Assembly: GCF_001194135.2 (NCBI RefSeq)
Contig: NC_068993.1
Span: 7,693,346-7,728,430, forward strand
Direction: 5' to 3'
Origin: Octopus bimaculoides
Lineage: Eukaryota
Length of the DNA stretch: 35,085 nucleotides
Under the pieces are notes generated by a model. That model made no database searches and was not told the DNA's origin. It saw only the letters and a program-made list of their open reading frames with translations. Of the stretch, positions 13,208-25,826 are shown in pieces (position 1 is the first letter of the stretch; every line of letters starts with the position of its first letter). A program made the position numbers and the translations under genes.

Positions 13208-13283
13208 AATATATATGTGTGGGCCTACTTAATCCCAAATTTTTAAACATGTGTGAGTGAGTGTTAGTGTGAGTATGTGTGTG

Positions 13284-13314
<31 letters not shown>

Positions 13315-14093
13315 ACACATACAGTAATACACCGACCCATACACACATATATAGAAATTGACTATTTGCATATGTGCATAAATATCTAGCTGTATATGTG
13401 TGTGAATGCTTATAGACATACGAGTATGTGCACACGCGCGCTAACGTGTGTGTGTGCGCGAGCATGTGCGTGCGAGTGTGTGTGTATGATTGCATTAACG
13501 AGTTTATGTGTGTATAAATAGGTTTATTTGTCTATGTCTATAATTCTTAAACTGTCGCGTATGATAGCATGTAAATATTTTAGTTATTAATACGTAGGAG
13601 TGTTGGATATAAGTGTATAGAGACATATCTACGTTAATTACTTATTAATCACTCTGTATGGCTTATCACGCGCGTACTGGATCATACCTTCGTTCTACGA
13701 AGTGCTCCTTTTTATCGTTCATTAATGCACAACTGATCTTCGTTTGGTTACTGGAATTCTACGCAAGCCAGGAGCCAACATGAAGTGCTGACGAGGTGTA
13801 CACAGAATGTACTTGTACCCTCAATAATGATACACACGCATACACACACACATACATACACGTGCGCGCGCATGGATTAACGGGCACGCATACGTATGCA
13901 TTTGCATGTAATCCATTTGACAGGATTCATTACAATTTCTGTCTACCCAAGACCACTCGCGATGAACAAACAGGTTGTTGTAAACGAATAACCTCTTATT
14001 CACTCATGTAGGAAATTTAGATCGAGCGCTCCATTTTGCCACCTGGAAAAGAAACTTTCTAGGAGTATATATATATATATATATATATTATAG

Positions 14094-14130
<37 letters not shown>

Positions 14131-14996
14131 NNNNNNNNNNNNNNNNNNNNNNNNNNNNNNNNNNNNNNNNNNNNNNNNNNNNNNNNNNNNNNNNNNNNNN
14201 NNNNNNNNNNNNNNNNNNNNNNNNNNNNNNNNNNNNNNNNNNNNNNNNNNNNNNNNNNNNNNNNNNNNNNNNNNNNNNNNNNNNNNNNNNNNNNNNNNNN
14301 NNNNNNNNNNNNNNNNNNNNNNNNNNNNNNNNNNNNNNNNNNNNNNNNNNNNNNNNNNNNNNNNNNNNNNNNNNNNNNNNNNNNNNNNNNNNNNNNNNNN
14401 NNNNNNNNNNNNNNNNNNNNNNNNNNNNNNNNNNNNNNNNNNNNNNNNNNNNNNNNNNNNNNNNNNNNNNNNNNNNNNNNNNNNNNNNNNNNNNNNNNNN
14501 NNNNNNNNNNNNNNNNNNNNNNNNNNNNNNNNNNNNNNNNNNNNNNNNNNNNNNNNNNNNNNNNNNNNNNNNNNNNNNNNNNNNNNNNNNNNNNNNNNNN
14601 NNNNNNNNNNNNNNNNNNNNNNNNNNNNNNNNNNNNNNNNNNNNNNNNNNNNNNNNNNNNNNNNNNNNNNNNNNNNNNNNNNNNNNNNNNNNNNNNNNNN
14701 NNNNNNNNNNNNNNNNNNNNNNNNNNNNNNNNNNNNNNNNNNNNNNNNNNNNNNNNNNNNNNNNNNNNNNNNNNNNNNNNNNNNNNNNNNNNNNNNNNNN
14801 NNNNNNNNNNNNNNNNNNNNNNNNNNNNNNNNNNNNNNNNNNNNNNNNNNNNNNNNNNNNNNNNNNNNNNNNNNNNNNNNNNNNNNNNNNNNNNNNNNNN
14901 NNNNNNNNNNNNNNNNNNNNNNNNNNNNNNNNNNNNNNNNNNNNNNNNNNNNNNNNNNNNNNNNNNNNNNNNNNNNNNNNNNNNNNNNNNNNNNNN

Positions 14997-15060
<64 letters not shown>

Positions 15061-15847
15061 GCTCACAAACACATTCAGACAGACACTCTCTCTCTCTATC
15101 TCTCTCACTCATGCACACATGTTCATGTTTGAGAGTGTGTTTACATATTCATGTAATACGCTGTGATACACATACGTCTACGACAAACAATCATATAGTA
15201 ATAACATATACGAACATACCGATTCGACATACTACGATATATCGGTTGTTCCATGATACGTGATACACGATACGTTCGTACAACTTCGCTGACGTTTAGA
15301 AGAAACAGCAATATTGAAAAGAATAGGCAATTTAGCGTAGGAAAATTCTCAATCCACAGGAGTGAAGATAGCGATACTATATTTCCTAATTCTTGTAGAC
15401 ATTGGTTATGCCCTCCTTTTGCTTAAATTGGATCAAGTTGGGTTTGATTCTGAAAACTGTCGTATTCGCTTCAACTTATGATATATCGCATTTTAATTGA
15501 AGTTGATAGCTAAGGCATCTTGCTAAAACATCAACTCTGTTGATAGTGACAAGACGATTCTTTATATATGACCTGAGCAGTAAACACTAGCAATGAAAAA
15601 TAACAAGGAGGCCAATTCTTCATCTTCTTTGTCCCTCGTCTCTCCGCATCGTCTGCCGTTATTTATTTATTTATACATTTGTTTAATTTTGTGTGTGTAT
15701 GTATGTGTATGTGTGTATGTGTGTGTGTAGAAGTATGCATATCAGAATCTATATACTTCATTAACTTGGAGATTTTCATCATGTTTATTACACACACACA
15801 CATATAGATATATATATATATATATATACATATGTATATGTATGTAT

Positions 15848-15902
<55 letters not shown>

Positions 15903-16679
15903 NNNNNNNNNNNNNNNNNNNNNNNNNNNNNNNNNNNNNNNNNNNNNNNNNNNNNNNNNNNNNNNNNNNNNNNNNNNNNNNNNNNNNNNNNNNNNNNNNN
16001 NNNNNNNNNNNNNNNNNNNNNNNNNNNNNNNNNNNNNNNNNNNNNNNNNNNNNNNNNNNNNNNNNNNNNNNNNNNNNNNNNNNNNNNNNNNNNNNNNNNN
16101 NNNNNNNNNNNNNNNNNNNNNNNNNNNNNNNNNNNNNNNNNNNNNNNNNNNNNNNNNNNNNNNNNNNNNNNNNNNNNNNNNNNNNNNNNNNNNNNNNNNN
16201 NNNNNNNNNNNNNNNNNNNNNNNNNNNAAAAAAACGGGGAAGAAAGAAGAGAAAAAAAGGTGAAAAGACAAAATGAAAAACAGTAAACAAAGGAAATAAA
16301 TGGAGGTGGGTTGGGGATTGAAAGAAAATTCACAGCAGAAATGCTTTTTTTAATATTATTATTCGGTAGTCTTATTTTTATCACGTGTTTTCACTGCACT
16401 ATTGAGCGCAGCTCTGCGTGCCTTGGGTATGTGCTGTGGTTTGCTGTGGTGCTCTTACTTTCACTGTATGGAAAGTGTTTTACGTAGGATGTGTGCAGTG
16501 CCTAGTAGTGCTATTTTCTTTATGTTGTATATACTTGGTGTTTTTACTATGTATTTGTCTGATTGATTTTTTTAAATCACAATCTATACACCTACTATTT
16601 TATGAATTGTTTCTGTTTTTAGGCCCCACATTCGAGTTACCTCTATTTCCAGGTCTTTGCATTTTGAAATTTTCTGTTA

Positions 16680-16724
<45 letters not shown>

Positions 16725-16997
16725 CATTATTCTGCTTCCCCCTTCTCTTCCTGGGCGTAGTAAAATGTCTGAAACAAGAAACAGATGAAAGATACTGCTT
16801 GTATTAATGGGACTGCTGTCTTCGTCATGAGAGAAAGCAACAATCAAGACGAGAAGTCCAGTCTGGCCAATAGTAACTGTTCAGCTCAGACATATAGATT
16901 GTATCAAGTTATGTCCCTTTAATTTCTGAGTTTAAGATCCGTCGCTGTCGAATGAATTTTATGTTTCGATCATTCCTTAATTGTAAAATAATGTTCA

Positions 16998-17300
16998 TGA
17001 CCCAGTGGTTAGGGAATTCGGCTCAAGATCGTAAGTTCGTGAGTTCGCCTGCTCGCGGAGCGTTCTCCTTTGGGCAAGTAATTTTATTTCTTGTAGCTCC
17101 CGTCCACCCATGTGGCAAAAATGAGAAGTACCCGTATTTCAAAGGGTCAGCCTTGTCGCTTTCTGTGTACCGCTGAACCTCCCTGAGAACTATGTGAAGG
17201 GTACACATGTCTGTAGAATGCTTGTCCGTTAATTTCACGAGGAGGTTCTTCTGCTGATTGGATTAACTGGACCCTCGTCGTCGTAACCTACTGAGTGCCA
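16998..17300 (+). mobile_element. tRNA-derived SINE sharing its 3' module with family C
   Basis: A-box-like tgacccagtgg and B-box-like gagttcg. From 17128 it aligns to 26014-26195 (gtatttcaaag..cagccttgtc...gagaacta.gt.aagggtacac.tgtctgt...ccctcgtcgtcgtaacc...gagtgcca). Confidence 0.85.
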
Positions 17301-17429
17301 GTTATAACTGTGGTCGTAACATACGTACTACTCAATAAAATCGAAGATTTACAAAATCGGGAGAGTAACGGAAAAAATATATTGTGACGTCTATTTATGT
17401 ACCTTTAATTTCTGACTTCAAAACCTTAA

Positions 17430-17530
17430 TGTGTTGGAGTTCGTCTTTCAACCTTTTGCGGTCGATAAAATCTAAGTGCTAATGAAGTACTGGGGTTGAT
17501 TTAATGAGCTATCCTCCACCCCACTTAAAA
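17430..17530 (+). mobile_element. SINE family B remnant
   Basis: tttcaaccttttgcggtcgataaaat...gtactggggttgatttaat. Confidence 0.6.
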
Positions 17531-17842
17531 GACTATACCCGTAACAGGAATTGTTTTGATCAGACACACCTTCATCACCCAATACTTTCGATCACGTGCC
17601 TATATTAGGAAGAAATATGGTTTTAAGTCTTTGAGTTTAGCAGATAAATCGTTTTGTTTCAAATTGGAATCAATCATTTATTGTATTGATTTCAATCCTT
17701 TCTGTAGAATTTACATTATTAAAAAAAAAATGTGCTTATTGTGGAATTATTAATGCTATATCTGAAAAGAAAAAAAATGAAGGAGGAAGTAGAGCACCAG
17801 ATAAAATACTTTGCTATTTAGTTGTATTTCTTTACGTTGGAA

Positions 17843-17910
17843 GTTCGGTTCACACAAAAGTCGGTTTGGCCTTTTCCCTGTCGAGGAAGATCAGTCAAAT
17901 AATAAGATCG
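17843..17910 (+). mobile_element. SINE family B remnant (very degenerate)
   Basis: gttcggttcacac..aagtcggtttggccttttccctgtcgagg resembles the B-box/central block. Confidence 0.4.
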
Positions 17911-17990
17911 ATTTAACAAAATACGCACTTCCTTAAAACCAGTGCGATGGTGGTACGTCGGAGGTCATTATTTTTAGATTATAGAAAACA

Positions 17991-18125
17991 GTGAGCTTGC
18001 AGAATCGGTAGAGCAACCAGGGAAAATGCTTTACGAAGATGCTTCTGCTTCTTCATTTTCCGAGATCAAATTTCACTCGGGTTATTTTTGCCTTTCATCC
18101 TTTCAAGTTAGTTAAAATATCGGTG
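17991..18125 (+). mobile_element. SINE family B remnant
   Basis: gagcttgcagaatcggtag...gaaaatgcttt...tttgcctttcatcctttc. Confidence 0.7.
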
Positions 18126-18214
18126 ACATACTGGTGACTTTGTACCAAAATTACTAAGGACATGGTGGTGTATCTGTCACGGTCTTCGGTAAAAACTTAG
18201 ATCTTTGCAGCATT

Positions 18215-18345
18215 GGTTTTGTTTCTTTAGCTTCTGAGTTCCACCCTACGTAGGTAAACCTTGCCTTTCATCCTTTCAGAGTCGATAAAATAAAGTACTC
18301 ACCTTCGAAACTGCTGCACTTGTGCTTAAATTAGAGACCGTTATT
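18215..18345 (+). mobile_element. SINE family B remnant
   Basis: ttctgagttcc...cttgcctttcatcctttcagagtcgataaaataaagtac. Confidence 0.7.
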
Positions 18346-18362
18346 CTTTCCCAATGAAAAGG

Positions 18363-18399
<37 letters not shown>

Positions 18400-18881
18400 G
18401 GAATGCGAGAAAGAAAGAGACTGCGTCAGGGATAGAAGAAGAAAGAGAACAAATCTGAAAGACTAATGAAAAATGTCACTTATTATTTAGAAGGAATTAT
18501 ATGTAAATGTGGTGATTGGTTGACGGAATATTTGAAAGCATTAGTGAACTATAGATTGAAATGTGTGTTAATACATGTAAGGGTATTGTTTCGAAGCTAC
18601 AGGCTGGAGAATGTGATGTGATTAATATATCACAGTACTTTTCTATGTCCAACTATTCACATTTTGGTGTTGAAATCTGCTTGCGTGATCGGTTGTAATA
18701 TGATCTGCGTTTCCAGTACGAAAGTATGGAAGCATGTGAGTGAAATGATCATTCAATGAGTTATGATATTAATGCCAAGCGCTTTAGAGTCCTGGCATCT
18801 TCTGAACGTTTTGACAAGGTGTCGTCACAACATCCTAATATGGATATTCGTCCTCTATGCCTTGATATAAGAACATACAGT

Positions 18882-19087
18882 AAGGCCAGAATCGTGAGCA
18901 TGCCGGTTAAAATGCTTACTGTCACATTGTCTGTCTTTATCTACTGAGCTCAAATTCTACCGAGGTTGACTCTTCCTTTCATCTTTATAGAGATCGATAA
19001 AATAAGAAGCAATTGAACATTGGATGTCAATGTAATTGACTTATCCCACCCGTAAATTGCTGGCCTTGCGCCAAAATTTGAAGCCGG
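18882..19087 (+). mobile_element. SINE family B, near full length
   Basis: ggccagaatcgtgagcatgccggttaaaatgctta...ctgagctcaaattctaccgaggttgact...cctttcatc...gatcgataaaataag...ggccttgcgcc. Confidence 0.8.
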
Positions 19088-19455
19088 TATAAAAACATAG
19101 AATGTGTATGCTGGTGTGTGAATACATTGCGTTATCGGTTTGGGCTTTTGTATTCTGGGAACAACGCTGGCGGTCACTCTCTACTGGCTCAAGACGGAAG
19201 TCTTTTTTCTTTTATCATGAACGTCAGTGGTATGAAGGCAGAAATTTTGCTGCATTGATCACTGTCATTATTCTTCGAACTCTTACCACGATCTGAGAAC
19301 ATACGTGAAAAATGCATGGTCAATCTCGGCAAACGAAGTGTCAGTATAGTTAGATTTTAGGAACTTACGAAATTAGTGAAAACGTGGCTTAGAAGATATG
19401 TGAATGCATAACTGGTAGTAGCGGAAGAAAAATGATTTAACTGAAATATTTATCG

Positions 19456-19632
19456 TGTGTGTCTGTGTCTATTTCCTTCACCACCGCTTCACAACCACTT
19501 TTGGTTTGTATACCTGCTCGTAACTGAGCGCTTCGAAAATTGAGACGATAGAATATGTACAACATAAAACCATTTCAAGGCGGTGCCCCAGCATGGCCGC
19601 AGCCCAATGACAGAAACAAATAAAAGATAAGA
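19456..19632 (+). mobile_element. SINE family A 3' half
   Basis: cgtaactgagcg.ttcg...gatagaat...aaggcggtgccccagcatggccgcagcccaatgacagaaacaaataaaaga. Confidence 0.8.
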
Positions 19633-19751
19633 GACAACAGATAAAGCTATTTTAAGAAAATGATATTTATTTTTTCTTATATCGAACAATATTCACCATT
19701 TTTGAAATTTTCTTTTCTACTTCTTCCTCCACTTTAAATGTGCACACTTCT

Positions 19752-19801
<50 letters not shown>

Positions 19802-20212
19802 NNNNNNNNNNNNNNNNNNNNNNNNNNNNNNNNNNNNNNNNNNNNNNNNNNNNNNNNNNNNNNNNNNNNNNNNNNNNNNNNNNNNNNNNNNNNNNNNNNN
19901 NNNNNNNNNNNNNNNNNNNNNNNNNNNNNNNNNNNNNNNNNNNNNNNNNNNNNNNNNNNNNNNNNNNNNNNNNNNNNNNNNNNNNNNNNNNNNNNNNNNN
20001 NNNNNNNNNNNNNNNNNNNNNNNNNNNNNNNNNNNNNNNNNNNNNNNNNNNNNNNNNNNNNNNNNNNNNNNNNNNNNNNNNNNNNNNNNNNNNNNNNNNN
20101 NNNNNNNNNNNNNNNNNNNNNNNNNNNNNNNNNNNNNNNNNNNNNNNNNNNNNNNNNNNNNNNNNNNNNNNNNNNNNNNNNNNNNNNNNNNNNNNNNNNN
20201 NNNNNNNNNNNN

Positions 20213-20840
20213 GATTTTCCGGAATCCGGCTTACTAGTTTTTCCGAAACAGAAGTGGATACTTTGATCAACATTCTCTAAAATTAAACAAATATCAAATT
20301 TAATTATTTAGTTATGTTAAATACAATAAAGCGTGGCGATGCGGCAAGAAGCGTTTGCCTCCTAACCTCATGGTTCCCGGTTTAATCCCCCTGTGTGATG
20401 GCTTTCGCAATTTTTCTTCTCCTATAACCTCGGACCGACAAAGGCCTTGTCAGTGGATTTGGCAGACGGAAATTGAATGAATCCCACCGTGTGTGTGTGT
20501 GTGTTTGAGTGTGTGTGTGTGTGGGGGGGACATCTTCGTGGCTGTGTTTGTCAGCCTTCACTGCTTGGCAACAGGTGTTGGTGTGTTTACGTCACCATAA
20601 TTTAGCGAATCAGCAAATCGGCAAATGAGACTGATAGAATGAGTACCTAGCTGAAAAAAAACCCCAAAAAACTAGAAGGGTCGATTAATTCGATTAAAAA
20701 AATTCTTCAAGACTTTGGCCCAGCATGACCGTACTCTAATGACTGGAGCTTGTAAAGCATAAAAAGACACCTATGTAAGATGATGCGGATTATAAGGATT
20801 CCGGACTACCAGTGTCCAGAGAATCGGCGTTGTAACTGTA
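20213..20840. mobile_element. Probable pogo/Tigger-like MITE interrupted by a family A SINE
   Basis: The right end gtccagagaatcggcgttgtaactg|TA resembles pogo-type TIR ends (…ccggataatcgagg….actg|TA). ccggaatcc (20219-20227) is inverted to ggattccgg (20796-20804). The left terminus is lost in the gap. Confidence 0.4.
20331..20766 (+). mobile_element. SINE family A, full length, degenerate
   Basis: Collinear with 5768-6150, including the head, internal (TG)n and 3' block. Confidence 0.85.
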
Positions 20841-21351
20841 TCTATATTAATTTATTTATTTAATTTTTTTTCTCTCCTTAAGCATCCTTTATCTCAAAGT
20901 TATTCCTTCTTTCATTTACATGTTTTCATTCACAATTGTTTCAAATCTATTCCTATGGGATTAGCTGTGCGTGTGTGGGTTTAGCCGTGTTGTTACCTCG
21001 CATTCACAAAATCATTAGACTCTCCCTAATCTACTCGGCACCGTCCATTTTTCATTCGTTCTTTCAGCCATTCTTCTTCGATTTCTTTCAGCCTCGTTCT
21101 CAACGTCAGGCTTTTTTTTTTTTTTTTGTTCTCCCGTTGTAGAACATCCTTCCACAATTTCCTCTTTCGCTCCTCAATGTTCTCCTATTGGACTAATTTT
21201 CTTTCGCCCAAAATACTAATCATCCATTTTCATTTTGTCTTTTAATCTTGTTCTTCAACTATTTCTTCTATTTTCCTCCACCATTTCATTCTTTTCACTA
21301 TTCTCCTTCATCTTTTCTTCATCGTATTTCTCCTTCCCCTTACTTATCCTC

Positions 21352-21432
21352 TTTCTTCTTCTTCTTCTTCTTCTTCTTCTTCTTCTTCTTCTTCTTCTTC
21401 TTCTTCTTCTTCTTCTTCTTCTTCTTCTTCTT
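21352..21432. repeat. (CTT)n microsatellite within a pyrimidine-rich tract; second (CTT)n at about 21787-21864
   Basis: Seen directly. Confidence 0.95.
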
Positions 21433-22555
21433 TTCTTTCGTCCGTTTTCTCTTGGTTTCCTTTCTGTTGTCGTTATTATAACTTCGCTGGTTCGCTCTTC
21501 TCTCACGTCCTTCTGTCTTTCTTCTTTTTTCCTCTTTCATTCCTTTTTTATTTCTTTCTTTCTTTCTTTCTTTCTTTCTTTCATTGCCCTCCTTCTTTCT
21601 TACTATACCTTTTTCCTCCCTTTTCAACATGAAGTTTATTCTCCCCATGCAAAACAACCACCACCACCACCACCCCTAACACCATTCCCACCTCTTCTTT
21701 CTCCTTTCCTCACACCCATTTCTTCCCTTCTTCCTTTCTTTCTTCCTTTCTTTCTTCACTTCTTCCTTTTCCTTCCTTGTCTTGTTTTCTTCTTCTTCTT
21801 CTTTTTCTTCTTCTTCTTCTTCTTCTTCTTCTTCTTCTTCTTCTTCTTCTTCTTCTTCTTCTTCGTGCCGTTCTTTCCCATTCACTCTTTTATTCATTCC
21901 TCTTCCCCCCACCCCCCATCTTCATTTTGCTATTTCCCAAAACCAAGTCAGGTCTTTTCCAAAAATATTGCTAATGCCAGTTGCTAGGCGACTCATTCTC
22001 GCATCGTTTGGCTTTGATAGAGAATCGCAGCCAGAAGCGGGTATGATTGATGGCCGACATTGATCAGGTGACGGCAATGCTTGGATGGGTGGCTGGCCGA
22101 TCGTTAGGTTGGTATGCTGGCTAGAAGGAGAGCAAAGCTTCAACATAACACTCACATGCTCTTGTACTCACACGCACACACGTACACACATACACACGTA
22201 CATAAACACACACTCACGCACACACACATACACCCCCACACACACACACACACATATATATATATGTATAATATACTCTATGAAAGATAACATGTACACA
22301 TGCATACACAAATAAAGTAAAATACAAGCAGTTTTACACGCACACACACACACACACACACACGCTCACACACATACACTCACACACACACATTCACACA
22401 TGCGCTGAGTAAAGTAAAGTAACATGCATTCATACATACACATACACACACAGACATACACACGCACAAACTCAAACGCACACTTACATACACACACATA
22501 CTAAATGACAAAAGTAACGCACTACAATCATACGCATTTATACATATATATATAT

Positions 22556-22631
<76 letters not shown>

Positions 22632-22647
22632 ATATGTATATATATAC

Positions 22648-22680
<33 letters not shown>

Positions 22681-24158
22681 CACATATATATATATGNNNN
22701 NNNNNNNNNNNNNNNNNNNNNNNNNNNNNNNNNNNNNNNNNNNNNNNNNNNNNNNNNNNNNNNNNNNNNNNNNNNNNNNNNNNNNNNNNNNNNNNNNNNN
22801 NNNNNNNNNNNNNNNNNNNNNNNNNNNNNNNNNNNNNNNNNNNNNNNNNNNNNNNNNNNNNNNNNNNNNNNNNNNNNNNNNNNNNNNNNNNNNNNNNNNN
22901 NNNNNNNNNNNNNNNNNNNNNNNNNNNNNNNNNNNNNNNNNNNNNNNNNNNNNNNNNNNNNNNNNNNNNNNNNNNNNNNNNNNNNNNNNNNNNNNNNNNN
23001 NNNNNNNNNNNNNNNNNNNNNNNNNNNNNNNNNNNNNNNNNNNNNNNNNNNNNNNNNNNNNNNNNNNNNNNNNNNNNNNNNNNNNNNNNNNNNNNNNNNN
23101 NNNNNNNNNNNNNNNNNNNNNNNNNNNNNNNNNNNNNNNNNNNNNNNNNNNNNNNNNNNNNNNNNNNNNNNNNNNNNNNNNNNNNNNNNNNNNNNNNNNN
23201 NNNNNNNNNNNNNNNNNNNNNNNNNNNNNNNNNNNNNNNNNNNNNNNNNNNNNNNNNNNNNNNNNNNNNNNNNNNNNNNNNNNNNNNNNNNNNNNNNNNN
23301 NNNNNNNNNNNNNNNNNNNNNNNNNNNNNNNNNNNNNNNNNNNNNNNNNNNNNNNNNNNNNNNNNNNNNNNNNNNNNNNNNNNNNNNNNNNNNNNNNNNN
23401 NNNNNNNNNNNNNNNNNNNNNNNNNNNNNNNNNNNNNNNNNNNNNNNNNNNNNNNNNNNNNNNNNNNNNNNNNNNNNNNNNNNNNNNNNNNNNNNNNNNN
23501 NNNNNNNNNNNNNNNNNNNNNNNNNNNNNNNNNNNNNNNNNNNNNNNNNNNNNATATATATATTATCATGCAAGAATAAACATACGTGCACAGACGAAAG
23601 GCACGGCAGCACACATGCACACAGAGACACATTCACACACACACGCACTCAGACACACACACACACGCACACGCACACAACCGCGGACAGACACATACAC
23701 ACACACATACGTTCACACACGCGAACATAGGCACACCCACTTACACACACGTATGCATATGTATGCAAACATATGCGCATGCGCCTAGCGAAAAAAGAAG
23801 AAAAAATAGCATGCGCACATGTATTACACACAGATACAAAATAACATAATCACAAACATATGTTTATACACCTTCACGCACAAACACACACACAAACACA
23901 ACAAGAAAAAAACATGCGCACTCACTCATTGAAAAAGCCATGCTCTGATACAAACGCACTAAGTTATACTATCATGTATGTACAAACATACGCTCACACA
24001 CAAACGCAGACACACATACACACGCACGCGCACACACACGCAGTGAGAATCCGTGCACGGGTACATAGCTACAATGATGTATCGTCACACACACATTCGA
24101 ACATACGCGCACGCTCAAACGCATAAGCACACACATGCACACACACACAAACGTACGT

Positions 24159-24189
<31 letters not shown>

Positions 24190-24225
24190 CATATATATAT
24201 ACATATATATGGATATATGTATATA

Positions 24226-24272
<47 letters not shown>

Positions 24273-24833
24273 NNNNNNNNNNNNNNNNNNNNNNNNNNNN
24301 NNNNNNNNNNNNNNNNNNNNNNNNNNNNNNNNNNNNNNNNNNNNNNNNNNNNNNNNNNNNNNNNNNNNNNNNNNNNNNNNNNNNNNNNNNNNNNNNNNNN
24401 NNNNNNNNNNNNNNNNNNNNNNNNNNNNNNNNNNNNNNNNNNNNNNNNNNNNNNNNNNNNNNNNNNNNNNNNNNNNNNNNNNNNNNNNNNNNNNNNNNNN
24501 NNNNNNNNNNNNNNNNNNNNNNNNNNNNNNNNNNNNNNNNNNNNNNNNNNNNNNNNNNNNNNNNNNNNNNNNNNNNNNNNNNNNNNNNNNNNNNNNNNNN
24601 NNNNNNNNNNNNNNNNNNNNNNNNNNNNNNNNNNNNNNNNNNNNNNNNNNNNNNNNNNNNNNNNNNNNNNNNNNNNNNNNNNNNNNNNNNNNNNNNNNNN
24701 NNNNNNNNNNNNNNNNNNNNNNNNNNNNNNNNNNNNNNNNNNNNNNNNNNNNNNNNNNNNNNNNNNNNNNNNNNNNNNNNNNNNNNNNNNNNNNNNNNNN
24801 NNNNNNNATATATATATATATATATATTAGATT

Positions 24834-24884
<51 letters not shown>

Positions 24885-24989
24885 GGATGGATATACATAA
24901 ACATATATACAAAATTGTATATATGTCTGCAGACATCATCATCATCGTTTTCATTGTCGAGGTAATGAGGATCTGCAGTTACACACCTC

Positions 24990-25416
24990 GCCTCTTTCTA
25001 TCCTTTTTCATCATCATCATCATCATCCTCATCATCAACATCATCATCATCATCATCATCACCACCATTTCTACATAGAACTGGTGTTTAACCACTTCAG
25101 CTAATGCTGTTGTTACCGAAACGCTACCATGCTTACTCCCAATCTATTTACAACTAATTTTCCTGCCAATATACAACCAATGCTTATAATACAACTAACA
25201 ACTACTGTCGATACCACCACCACTGCTACTGTTACTACGACCACTACCACTACAACCACCACCACCACCAACACCACCGCCACTAGTAATGCTTACTGCT
25301 ACTACCACTATGACTACCACTGTCACTGCAAGTACTGCTATTACTACTAGCACTGCAGCTACTACTACTATCACTACAACCATTACCACGTCCTATCACT
25401 AGCTTACTACTATTAC

Positions 25417-25450
<34 letters not shown>

Positions 25451-25470
25451 GCCGCTGCTGCTGCTGGCGC
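24990..25470. repeat. Degenerate trinucleotide low-complexity tract (CAT/CAC/ACT/GCT)
   Basis: Seen directly. Confidence 0.9.
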
Positions 25471-25659
25471 TACTTTCCAAAACAAGCATCCGGGTGCTTC
25501 TTTTTATCCCTTTGCCTTCATCTCGTCTTCACCTTGTCTTCGCCTCCTCTTTACCTCCGCTTCGCCTCCCCTTCACCTCCTCCCCATCCTTCTCGTCCTC
25601 CTACAACTACTCCTCGTGTTCATACTTCTTGAACCATTCGCGCAATTGTCGGGAGAGTA

Positions 25660-25763
25660 AGGTACTTGAATTTATCGGCTCTACCTGCCTGGTCCTTATT
25701 CTGTCGACCCAGAGAAGGATAGAAACAAACATCGACCACGGCGAGATTTGAACTCAGAACGTA
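25660..25763 (-). mobile_element. SINE family B fragment
   Basis: cttattctgtcgaccc...aggatag...tcgaccacggcgagatttgaactcagaacgt. Confidence 0.7.
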
Positions 25764-25826
25764 CCTGTTATACGTCCACTACAATCTATACAGCATATCA
25801 TACACCTACCTTATACTTCTGTGTGT

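Noticed and set aside
16392-16500. cactgcac/gtgcagtg inverted repeat as a possible pre-miRNA
   Set aside because: Only 8 bp, and the interior does not pair continuously.
18717-18735. 19-nt plus-strand microexon (ttccag|...|gtgagt)
   Set aside because: Not a multiple of 3, has no supporting neighbouring exons, and is expected by chance.
21235-21987. 250-aa hydrophobic ORF and the opposite-strand poly-R/K/E ORFs
   Set aside because: Derived from (CTT)n/(CTTT)n pyrimidine tracts; no domain signal.
25129-25489. Thr/Ser/Val-rich mucin-like ORFs
   Set aside because: Degenerate trinucleotide repeat open in multiple frames; no signal peptide or splice support.
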